Shown piece by piece: positions 10,443 through 18,915 of a DNA stretch of 64,000 bases; the stretch's first letter is position 1, and each line of letters opens with the position of its first letter. The position numbers and the translations under genes are program-made. The notes beneath the pieces were generated by a model that saw only the letters and a list, made by a program, of their open reading frames with translations, was not told the origin of the DNA and did not search any database. The stretch comes from an uncultured Planctomycetota bacterium (GTDB lineage: Bacteria > Planctomycetota > Phycisphaerae > UBA1845 > CAIVHJ01). Location of the stretch: assembly GCA_942492115.1 (NCBI GenBank), contig CALODL010000010.1:1635-65634 (forward strand), in the 5' to 3' direction.

Positions 10443-11780
10443 ATGTCATGGACGTCTACGAGGGATCCGTTCATGCAGTCACCTACGCACATATCCGTCG
10501 GGCGCCATCAGCAGATGAAACGACTGATGCACATGGCCACGTCGACGCCGATCCTCCTGGCTTTCGGGCTGCTACTGGCGTCTGGAAGTATATGGACCAT
10601 GGGCCGCTACGTCTCATCACTCGATGGTGTAACCGACGCCCAGGGTCAGCTCGTCGCGGGTGACTTTCTCGCGTTCTATACCGGCGGTACCATCGTGGGC
10701 TCGGGTCACGGCCCAGCCCTGTACGATCTGTCCTACCAGCACGACATCGAGCATACTCTGATCGGTGTACCAGACTCTCCATGGCAACCGTACGTCAATC
10801 CGCCCTTGCTCGCCCTGGCCTTGAGTTGGGTCAACGGTGTGCCATTCGCCACGGCAATGCGTTTGTTCTGCGCCGCAATGTGCGCTGCCGCAGCCGGAAG
10901 TCTGGTATTGGCCGGCAGGAGCCTGCCGGCGCTGCGCGGCGATAGAATGCGGTGGCTGGCCGTGTGCTTACTGGTGCTGTCATTCCATCCCATTGCACGC
11001 ACAATGCTGGGGGGACAGAACACCCCGTTGACACTTGTCCTGCTGACCGGTGTCTTCGCAGGACTCCATCACCGCCACAGCGCACTGGCCGGCGTGTGCC
11101 TGGGGTTGCTCAGTTACAAGCCACAGTTCGCGTTGTTCATTGGCCTTGTGGTCCTGGGGCAACAGCGCTGGCGTGTAGCCGTGTGGGCCATCGCCATCGG
11201 CCTCGCCCACTACGTGGTCGCCGGGGTGGTATGCGGGTTCGATTGGCCATGGGCCATGCTCGATGCTTTGGCGATCTATCAACCACTCGAGGCGGCATCC
11301 AGCTACTACACACACATTGCGATCCTTCCCGTTTGCAACCACAGCTTGCCAGCGCCATGGAACCACCTCGTCGCCGCGACGGCAATCACGGCGGTCATTG
11401 GACTGTTTGTCGTCGCCGTTCTACGAGCCCGGCACTCCGACAAGCTCGTGTTCGGTGCCGCCGTGTGCGTAACGATGCTGATCAGCCCGCACCTGCAGTT
11501 CTATGACGTTGGTGTGCTCGTGCTCCCCGTACTCATCGGTCTAGATGATCTGTGCGCACGGGGCCAGCAACCATCCGAATCCCTGCGGGGCCTGTTGTGC
11601 GCGGGATACCTCGCATTCCCAATCTATGCGTTCAGCCATATGCTTGGTTTCCAACCCCTGATCCTATGGCCCCTGGGCGTGTTCCTGTGGCTGTGCCACC
11701 GGCTGTGGACCGCAGGACAGCCCAGTGTCATACCCGCCAGCAACCCGAGCATCGACCACTGCGAGAGGGTGCCAGGATGA
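10443..11780 (+). CDS. Paralogous DUF2029/GT87-like GT-C membrane protein (start uncertain: 10443, 10473 or 10515)
   Basis: 'GDFLAFYTGG', 'GGQNTPLTLVLL', 'YKPQFALFIG', 'ISPHLQFYDVGVLVLPVL'. Its stop overlaps the next gene's start (ATGA at 11777-11780). Confidence 0.55.
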   Translation: MSWTSTRDPFMQSPTHISVGRHQQMKRLMHMATSTPILLAFGLLLASGSIWTMGRYVSSLDGVTDAQGQLVAGDFLAFYTGGTIVGSGHGPALYDLSYQHDIEHTLIGVPDSPWQPYVNPPLLALALSWVNGVPFATAMRLFCAAMCAAAAGSLVLAGRSLPALRGDRMRWLAVCLLVLSFHPIARTMLGGQNTPLTLVLLTGVFAGLHHRHSALAGVCLGLLSYKPQFALFIGLVVLGQQRWRVAVWAIAIGLAHYVVAGVVCGFDWPWAMLDALAIYQPLEAASSYYTHIAILPVCNHSLPAPWNHLVAATAITAVIGLFVVAVLRARHSDKLVFGAAVCVTMLISPHLQFYDVGVLVLPVLIGLDDLCARGQQPSESLRGLLCAGYLAFPIYAFSHMLGFQPLILWPLGVFLWLCHRLWTAGQPSVIPASNPSIDHCERVPG

Positions 11781-12565
11781 GTGACACCATTATCGTTGTG
11801 CCCTGCTACAACGAAGAAAGCAGGTTGGATCTCACGCCGTTCGTTCAGCATGCTCAGCGGTTTTCGCGGACGCGGTTCCTGTTCGTCGACGACGGCAGCA
11901 GCGACGATACGTCCGATCTCATTCTGACGGCCGGGGTCGCGCGTACCGAGCAGATCGACTTGCTGACGATGCCACAAAACATGGGCAAAGCCGAAGCCGT
12001 GCGCCATGGATTCCAGGAGGCATTCAGCTCGGCTCCACGCTTTGTCGGATTCTGGGATGCCGACCTGGCAACCCCACTCGATGCCATTCCAGAATTCCAG
12101 TCCGTTCTCGAAGGCTCATGCGATCTCGACATGGTCTTCGGAGCACGCGTGCAGTTGCTCGGCAGGTCGATCGAACGCCACATGTGGCGCCACTACGTTG
12201 GGCGGGTGTTTGCCACAGCCGTCTCGATGGTGCTGCGGCTGCCGGTTTATGACACACAATGCGGGGCCAAGTTGTTTCGCAACGATGGCCGACTGGTGGA
12301 AGCCTTTGAAACACCGTTCCTGGCGCGGTGGGTTTTCGACGTCGAGATCATCGCCCGCTACATGAACATGCATCGCCGTGACCATCGACCTGCAGTGGAG
12401 GGCTGCATCTATGAGCTGCCTCTCGACCACTGGGAAGACGTTGCGGGCTCGAAGCTCAAACCGTCCGATTTTCTGACTGCAGCGTTGGACCTCGCGCACA
12501 TCGCGTGGACCTATCAACTGAGTCCAGCGCTGGCCGACCCGCATGCGTGGCCTGCGAAAGGCTGA
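11777..12565 (+). CDS. GT2 polyprenol-phosphate sugar synthase (Dpm1/Ppm1/GtrB-like)
   Basis: 'IIVVPCYNEE', 'FVDDGSSDDT' (DxD) and 'FWDADLATP' (DAD). No C-terminal TM segments. The ATG at 11777 overlaps the upstream stop, consistent with translational coupling. The ORF track starts at 11552, but the conserved region begins at MSDTIIVV. Confidence 0.75.
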   Translation: MSDTIIVVPCYNEESRLDLTPFVQHAQRFSRTRFLFVDDGSSDDTSDLILTAGVARTEQIDLLTMPQNMGKAEAVRHGFQEAFSSAPRFVGFWDADLATPLDAIPEFQSVLEGSCDLDMVFGARVQLLGRSIERHMWRHYVGRVFATAVSMVLRLPVYDTQCGAKLFRNDGRLVEAFETPFLARWVFDVEIIARYMNMHRRDHRPAVEGCIYELPLDHWEDVAGSKLKPSDFLTAALDLAHIAWTYQLSPALADPHAWPAKG

Positions 12566-12957
12566 CTGTGGAAGAATTGGATCGGATGAGGCCCACGCAG
12601 GGGCGGGTTGCGGGGACTGTCGCCGCCCGACGGGCAGTGACCTACGGTGTGACCAGGCCCATGAGGCCGGCCACCATGACCATCGCGAGGGCAATCACAC
12701 CGACTACGAGAACATTCTCGATCGCGGTGCCGGCGACTTGTTCAATCCATAATCGCTTCATGGGTCCTGCCGAATCCCCCGGACAGCTGGTATGGTTCAC
12801 GTTACCTTAGTGTAGGCAACTGACCACCGAGGATCAACGCCCTATTGAACCCGCAGCCCTCTTGGCGGTATGCTCGCGTCGCATTGACGCCCGGCACTGC
12901 CGTGCACCTGGCGTAGTGAGCGTCCCGGCTCCCCTGAATCAGCATTAGGAACGTGTC

Positions 12958-14394
12958 ATGTTCGAATCTCTGTCGCAGAAACTGGGTGATGTCTTCAAGG
13001 GGCTGCGTGGCCGCGGGAAAATCACCGAAGAGAATGTTGGCGAAGCGCTGCAGGCCATTCGGACGGCGCTGCTGGAAGCCGACGTGCACGTCGATCTCGT
13101 GCGTGAATTCTGCGATGAGGTGAAGAACAAAGCCATCGGCATGGAGATCCTGGATACGCTCCAGCCGGATCAGGTGATGGTCAAGGTCGTTCACGACGAG
13201 CTGGTTCGCTTGATGGGGCCGGTCGATCCCCGCATCCCCTACGTCTCACCCGGCCCGACGATCCTGTTGCTCGCCGGCCTGCAAGGCTCTGGAAAGACGA
13301 CCACCTGCGGCAAACTGGCGCGCATGATCGCGGCCAAGGGCAAGCGTCCACTCCTGGTTGCAGCCGACCTCAAGCGCCCGGCAGCCATTGACCAACTCGA
13401 AGTTCTCGGGGAACAACTCAGTATCCCCGTTCACACTGAGCGCAATCACCAGAACCCCGTGCGTGTTTGTCGCAACGCCATCAGCGTCGCCCGCAAAACG
13501 GACCGTGATGTCGTCATCCTCGATACCGCGGGCCGGCTGGCCATCGACGATGACCTCATGGCCGAAGTTGCCAAGATCGCCTCCACCACGCAACCGCATC
13601 AGGTTTACCTCGTCATAGATGCGATGACCGGCCAGGACGCCGTCGCCACGGCCAGGGCGTTCAACGAACGCCTGGAGCTGGATGGAGTCATCCTGACCAA
13701 GTTCGACTCTGATACCCGTGGCGGTGCTGCTCTGTCGGTCAAGAAGATCACGGGCAAGCCGATCAAGTTCATCGGTGTCGGTGAGAAACTCGAGAACATT
13801 GAAGCGTTCCACCCCGACCGCATTGCAGGCCGGATCCTCGGTATGGGCGATGTCCTGACCCTTGTCGAGCAGGCCCAACAACAATTCGAGGCCGACGAAG
13901 CCGAGCAGATCCAGAAGAAGATGGCCAAGGGTTCCATGACCCTCGACGACTTCCTCGATCAGTTTCGCAAGGTTCGCAAGATGGGACCGATGAAAGGCCT
14001 GCTGAAAAAGCTGCCCGGCATGGGCAACATGGCCGACGACATGGATGTCGATGAGGGCGAGCTCAAACGCATGGAAGCCATCGTGCTGTCCATGACGCGC
14101 CGGGAGCGGCACAATCCGTCGATCCTCGATGCCTCCCGTCGCCGTCGGATCGCCCGCGGCTGCGGTTGCGAGCCCCAGGACGTCTCCGGGTTGGTCAAGC
14201 AATTCACCCAGATGCGCGATCTGATGAAGAAAATGGCCAGCATGAGCATGGTCGACCGCATGAAATCCCTGGCCGGGCTCTCCCAGGCCGCCGCCGCCGG
14301 GCAGGCCCTGGGTAAGAAGGTCAAGGGCGGCACCACCAAGATTCGCAAGGTGTCTAATAAAGACAAGCGACGTAAGCGTAAGAAGCGTAGATAG
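12958..14394 (+). CDS. ffh: Signal recognition particle protein Ffh
   Basis: NG domain ('GLQGSGKTTTCGKLA', 'DTAGR', 'TKFDSDTRGG'), an M domain with a Met-rich segment, and a Lys/Arg tail. Confidence 0.95.
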   Translation: MFESLSQKLGDVFKGLRGRGKITEENVGEALQAIRTALLEADVHVDLVREFCDEVKNKAIGMEILDTLQPDQVMVKVVHDELVRLMGPVDPRIPYVSPGPTILLLAGLQGSGKTTTCGKLARMIAAKGKRPLLVAADLKRPAAIDQLEVLGEQLSIPVHTERNHQNPVRVCRNAISVARKTDRDVVILDTAGRLAIDDDLMAEVAKIASTTQPHQVYLVIDAMTGQDAVATARAFNERLELDGVILTKFDSDTRGGAALSVKKITGKPIKFIGVGEKLENIEAFHPDRIAGRILGMGDVLTLVEQAQQQFEADEAEQIQKKMAKGSMTLDDFLDQFRKVRKMGPMKGLLKKLPGMGNMADDMDVDEGELKRMEAIVLSMTRRERHNPSILDASRRRRIARGCGCEPQDVSGLVKQFTQMRDLMKKMASMSMVDRMKSLAGLSQAAAAGQALGKKVKGGTTKIRKVSNKDKRRKRKKRR

Positions 14395-14414
14395 TAACGT
14401 CAGAAGCCGGGCGC

Positions 14415-14442
14415 TTGCCTGCCTGTGCGATTTTGCTACAAT
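14415..14442 (+). promoter_or_regulatory. Candidate sigma-70-type promoter for rpsP-trmD-rplS (TTGCCT-16nt-TACAAT)
   Basis: -35 TTGCCT at 14415-14420 and -10 TACAAT at 14437-14442. An AAGGAG RBS at 14487-14492 lies 6 nt before the TTG start of rpsP. Confidence 0.4.
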
Positions 14443-14498
14443 GATTTGTCTTCATTTGACTTAAGAGGACAGCGTTCTACTTATCCAAGGAGCTTTGC

Positions 14499-14801
14499 TT
14501 GGTCAGGTTGCGATTAAAACGTTTGGGGCGGCGTCATCGCCCGTTCTACAGGATCGCCGTGGTCGATCAGCGCCGTGCGCGGGACAGCAGGGTCATCGAA
14601 GAGCTAGGTCACTTTGACCCGATCAATAAGGAAGAAGACAAGCAGGTCGTCCTGAATGATGACCGGGCCAAGTATTGGTTGAGTGTTGGGGCACAGCCTT
14701 CCGAGCGCGTGCACAGCATCCTCCGCCAGCGCGGCTTGGTCACCACTCATTTCCGCAACGAGAGCAAGAAGCAGCAGGCTCAGGCCAAAGCCGAAGCCTG
14801 A
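14499..14801 (+). CDS. rpsP: 30S ribosomal protein S16 (TTG start, Lys/Ala-rich C-terminal extension)
   Basis: 'VRLRLKRLGRRHRPFYRIAVVDQRRARDSRVIEELGHFDP'. Confidence 0.9.
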   Translation: MVRLRLKRLGRRHRPFYRIAVVDQRRARDSRVIEELGHFDPINKEEDKQVVLNDDRAKYWLSVGAQPSERVHSILRQRGLVTTHFRNESKKQQAQAKAEA

Positions 14802-14851
14802 TCTCAGGCTGGTCGATCTGCTATCTGCTTGCGTGAACTGGATGGTCGCCG

Positions 14852-15562
14852 ATGCGGATCGACGTGCTGACATTGTTTCCAGAGGTCTTCGAGACCTACC
14901 TCGAAACAAGCATCATCGGTCGAGCCCGGTCATCGGGAATCCTTGAAGTTGTTCTGACGCAAATCCGGGACTTCGCCACGGACAAACATCGGCGTGTCGA
15001 TGATCGCCCCTTTGGCGGCGGGCCTGGAATGGTCATGATGTGTCCCCCACTGTTCGATTGCGTCGAACAGGTGGAATCGGCAGGAGAAACGCCCCACCGG
15101 ATTCTGTTGAGTCCCCAGGGGCGGCCGTTGAGTCAGGAGCGGGTCGCCGAGCTTGCCGACAAGCAACGCCTGCTTTTGATCTGTGGGCACTACGAAGGCT
15201 TTGACGAACGGATCCGATTGGGTCTCAATGCTGAGGAGGTTTCGATTGGCGACTACGTGCTTTCGGGCGGTGAGCTGCCCGCACTCGTCCTGATCGATGC
15301 TGTCACGCGACTGTTGCCTGGTGCCCTGGGCGACGATGCCTCCGCTGAAAACGATTCATTCTCCCGCGGCCTGCTGGACCACCCACAGTACACGCGGCCC
15401 AGGGAGTTCAACGGTATGGAGGTCCCGGAGATTCTGCTCTCCGGAGACCATGCGAAGATAGAACTGTGGCGCCGCGAGCAATCACAAGCCCGCACGCGCG
15501 AGCGACGCCCTGAGTTGTTGGCCGATAGTACGACCGATCCCGAACCCGGAGCAGAACCATGA
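14852..15562 (+). CDS. trmD: tRNA (guanine37-N1)-methyltransferase TrmD
   Basis: '[14 protein letters not shown]', '[15 protein letters not shown]', '[21 protein letters not shown]'. Confidence 0.95.
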   Translation: MRIDVLTLFPEVFETYLETSIIGRARSSGILEVVLTQIRDFATDKHRRVDDRPFGGGPGMVMMCPPLFDCVEQVESAGETPHRILLSPQGRPLSQERVAELADKQRLLLICGHYEGFDERIRLGLNAEEVSIGDYVLSGGELPALVLIDAVTRLLPGALGDDASAENDSFSRGLLDHPQYTRPREFNGMEVPEILLSGDHAKIELWRREQSQARTRERRPELLADSTTDPEPGAEP

Positions 15563-15996
15563 GAAATCAAATCATCAGCCTGGTCGAAGCAAAGCACCAG
15601 AGAGACATCCCCGAGTTTCGGGTTGGTCAGAGTGTCAGCGTCAATGTCCGCATCAGGGAAGGCGAGAAGGAACGCATCCAGGCGTTCAGCGGCGTCGTCA
15701 TCGCGCGCAAGGGAACCGGCCTCGGCGAAACGTTCAAAGTGCGGCGTATCGTCGCCAATAAGGGCGTTGAACGAACCTTCCTGCTCCACTCACCATTCAT
15801 TGCCAGCATCGAGGTCACCCGCACCGGCAAGGTTCGCCGGGCCAAGCTGTACTACCTGCGTGATCGCGTCGGCAAGTCCCGCAAACTGCGTGAGAAGCGT
15901 ATCAGCCAGGCCGGCCGTGCAGCCGCTGCCGAGGCACGAAAGACCGCGCGAAGCAAAGCCTCTGGCGAACCGCGGGAATTGGCCGCGGTGGAATAG
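15559..15996 (+). CDS. rplS: 50S ribosomal protein L19 (with a basic C-terminal extension)
   Basis: '[49 protein letters not shown]'. Its start overlaps the trmD stop (ATGA). Confidence 0.95.
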   Translation: MRNQIISLVEAKHQRDIPEFRVGQSVSVNVRIREGEKERIQAFSGVVIARKGTGLGETFKVRRIVANKGVERTFLLHSPFIASIEVTRTGKVRRAKLYYLRDRVGKSRKLREKRISQAGRAAAAEARKTARSKASGEPRELAAVE

Positions 15997-16024
15997 ACCC
16001 GCACCATCGACACGAACGACTTCC

Positions 16025-16068
16025 GCTGCCGGATCGAGCCGCACAGGCTGCCGATCCGGCAGTTTTTT
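16025..16068 (+). terminator. Rho-independent terminator after rplS
   Basis: Perfect 11-bp inverted repeat CTGCCGGATCG / CGATCCGGCAG followed by T7. Confidence 0.8.
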
Positions 16069-16145
16069 TGGGGGTGGTTCTTCACGACATTCCGGGATGG
16101 GCCTGCGCACATGATCCTGTTGACGCACGCGTGGCGGAGGGTCGA
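16062..16145 (+). repeat. Copy B of the conserved post-terminator element (TTTTTTTGGGGGTGGTTCTTCACGACATTCCGGGATGGGCCTGCGCACATGATCCTGTTGACGCACGCGTGGCGGAGGGTCG)
   Basis: About 88% identical to 4642-4720. A second T9 run follows at ~16201-16209, so the element may be the 5' part of a ~140-nt transcript. Confidence 0.6.
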
Positions 16146-16296
16146 TGGCTCGAGCCCGCCGTCGGGGAGGACGTCCGGTCCCGCAAACCCGTGCCGAGCT
16201 TTTTTTTTGCGCTCACCTCCCCCACCGTCGTCTTGACTACTGGAGCGACCACATCCCACGGCCATGTTTCAGGTCGCTCCTCTGGAGCCCTGGACG

Positions 16297-16662
16297 ATGA
16301 GTGAACATCTCCAAGTCGGACAGTACGGCGAAAACGCAGCCGCAGCGTATCTCGAGAGCCGCGGCTACCGCATCGTGGCACGCAACTACCGTTGCCCGAT
16401 CGGAGAGTTAGACATCGTTGCTGCGCGCGATGGCGTTCTGACATTCGTGGAGGTCAAAACGCGGGCCCACCCAGCCGCGTTGCCGGAGGAGTCCGTGCGG
16501 CTTGCCAAGCGACGGACACTGACCCGTCTGGCCCTCAGCTTCGTCAAACGTTACAAGCTCCACCACCTGCCATGTCAGTTCGATGTGCTGGCGATCAACC
16601 GCCCCGGCAGTGGAACACAACACATCGAGCATTTCGAGAATGCTTTCGAGGCCTGCGACTGA
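16297..16662 (+). CDS. YraN/UPF0102 family endonuclease
   Basis: 'GQYGENAAAAYLESRGYRIVARNYRCPIGELDIVAARDGVLTFVEVKTR'. Confidence 0.8.
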   Translation: MSEHLQVGQYGENAAAAYLESRGYRIVARNYRCPIGELDIVAARDGVLTFVEVKTRAHPAALPEESVRLAKRRTLTRLALSFVKRYKLHHLPCQFDVLAINRPGSGTQHIEHFENAFEACD

Positions 16663-16743
16663 ACCGTACACGGGGCGGGGTGGGTCGATATCCGCTCCTC
16701 GGACGACTCCAACCCATCGCCGAATTGGAGTATGCTGCTCCGA

Positions 16744-17519
16744 TGGAGTTAATCGACACCCATTGTCACCTGACCTCGGATGCCCTCTATCCGACACTCA
16801 AATCGGTGTGGACCCGCGCCGTGACGGCCAGGGTCGGGACGATGATCACAGTCGCCACCCATGGAGCTGACGCCGGCAGGTGCATCGCCGTAGCCGACCA
16901 TTACGACGGTGTCTTCGCAACCATTGGAGTCCATCCACACGAGGCCATTCACTGCACCGCAGGACATCTGCGACGTCTTCAAGAATTGCGTCACAACGTC
17001 CACACGGTGGCCTGGGGCGAGATCGGACTCGATTATCATTACGATTTCTCGCCACGAAAGGTCCAGCACGACGTGTTTGCGGCACAACTGGGCCTCGCAT
17101 ACCACACGGGCCTCCCTGTCGTCATCCATTGCCGCGAAGCGGTCGACGATACGGTGGCCATGCTCGAACAGCACGGTTACGGCGGACGCGACGTGGTGTT
17201 CCACTGCTTCACGGGCACACCGGGAGAGGCCACACGCATTCGCAATGCCGGCTGGCGCCTGTCCTTTACGGGAGTGGTGACATTCAAGAACAGCACCGCC
17301 CTTCAGGGCATTGCCCGCGACTACCCGCTTGACGAACTGATGCTCGAAACCGATGCGCCCTATCTAACACCGGTACCGCACCGCAACATCCGCCCCAATG
17401 AGCCGTCCATGCTCATCCACACGGCCCGGTTCCTCGCGCAGCTGAAGGGAATCACCGTCGAAGAAATTGCTGAGCGCACCACTGCCAATGCACGGGCGTT
17501 CTTCAACCTGCCCACCTGA
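16744..17519 (+). CDS. TatD family metal-dependent DNase/hydrolase
   Basis: 'MELIDTHCHL', 'GEIGLDYHY', 'VVIHCREA' and 'ETDAPYLTPVPHR'. The ORF track starts at 16392, but homology begins at MELIDTHCHL. Confidence 0.9.
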
Positions 17520-17540
17520 ACGGGGACCACATCGTGCGGT

Positions 17541-18515
17541 TTACAATCGGCGTTGCGTGATGAACTCGGCCATGCTTTGGAGGGCTTCGCGCGCTGGCGA
17601 TGGCGGCAGCACACCCAATTGCTCGATGGCAGATTGAACTCGCTGGCAGGCCGCTTCACGGGCGTGTTCAATATGATCGCTCAGCTCGGCCACGACTTCG
17701 TCACGCGACGTCGAGCTGAGCCAGGTCTGTAGCTTGGGCCGTTCGGCGGGTGATGCCTGTGCCAGGAAGCTGATGACCGGCAACGTGGGCTTGCCCCGGG
17801 CCAGATCCAGGCCCAGCGACTTGCCGACCTCATCTTCGCTTCCCACCACATCGAGAACGTCATCGACGATCTGGAAGGCAATCCCAGCATCCATTCCATA
17901 AGACTCCATCGCGCTCTGCACGCGGGGCTCGGCTCCCGCGTACCTGGCTCCAAGCAGACAGGCCGTGCTGGTCAAGGCTGCGGTCTTGCGGGAAACGATC
18001 GTCATGTAGTCTTCGACGGTCAAATCCCAGTTCATGCGATGACTGACCTGAAGAAGCTCACCCTCGCAAACGGTGTTGGTGCAGGATGCTATGGTCCGGG
18101 CGGCGTACTGCGAATCAAGGCTGCTGCACAAGTGGTAGGCATGACTGATAAGGTAGTCGCCGATCAAAACCGCCGTCTCGTTCGTGGTCATCGCACAGAG
18201 GGTTGGTAAATTGCGCCGAACGTCGGCCTCGTCCAGCACGTCATCGTGCACCAGAGTGGCCATGTGAACCATCTCGACGACCGCCGCGAGCGTGATATGT
18301 TCGCGGGTTACGCGGCCACAAGCCCGCGCGGACAGCAGCAGGAGGATTGGACGCATCATCTTGCCGCGGTAGCGGCGAATGTGATCGCAGAGTTCCTGAA
18401 CAAAGTGCAGGTCCCCGCGGAGTTCCTCATCGAACAGTGCCTCGACCGCGCGTAGATCGTCTTCGATCATTGCTGTCGCCTGGCTGAGCGCTTGGATGGC
18501 TGGAATCGAGCTCAT
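17541..18515 (-). CDS. Polyprenyl diphosphate synthase (IspB/heptaprenyl-octaprenyl type)
   Basis: First and second Asp-rich motifs 'LVHDDVLDEADVRRN' and 'GIAFQIVDDVLD'. Confidence 0.9.
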   Translation of the reverse strand: MSSIPAIQALSQATAMIEDDLRAVEALFDEELRGDLHFVQELCDHIRRYRGKMMRPILLLLSARACGRVTREHITLAAVVEMVHMATLVHDDVLDEADVRRNLPTLCAMTTNETAVLIGDYLISHAYHLCSSLDSQYAARTIASCTNTVCEGELLQVSHRMNWDLTVEDYMTIVSRKTAALTSTACLLGARYAGAEPRVQSAMESYGMDAGIAFQIVDDVLDVVGSEDEVGKSLGLDLARGKPTLPVISFLAQASPAERPKLQTWLSSTSRDEVVAELSDHIEHAREAACQRVQSAIEQLGVLPPSPAREALQSMAEFITQRRL

Positions 18516-18915
18516 TCATCCTCCATCTGGACTGCCGGACGGACTCGGTCCAGTGTGTGTGGCATTCTAACGATCCGCCCCGTCGGTTTTCCAACGCTTT
18601 CAAAAGATTTGAAAGTCTTGGACTACAACAGTTAACGGCCCACTGTGCCCCCTTCAAATCAGGGCGACTGTTTATAAGGTGGCGGTCGATAAACAGGGGG
18701 TAGATTGGTGGCTCAGGAGGAGCCGTTAGTGACTCAAATCGTGTGCATCGTGGCAACGCTGACTTGCGTAGCGGCAATCGCCGGCTCATCCGGGGCACTG
18801 CTTCGCGAGACCTCCTGTCGACCTTGCAATTGTCTCATTCGCCGTGATGCCCGGGCTGCCCCCAGTGTGGCACGTATCGGCGTCACGACTCGCTCGTTCA
18901 ACAGGAGATCTGACG

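Noticed and set aside
18667-18695. LexA-like CTGT...ACAG box
   Set aside because: The half-sites are separated by 21 nt rather than the 8 nt of a gamma-proteobacterial SOS box. It is kept only as a generic palindrome.
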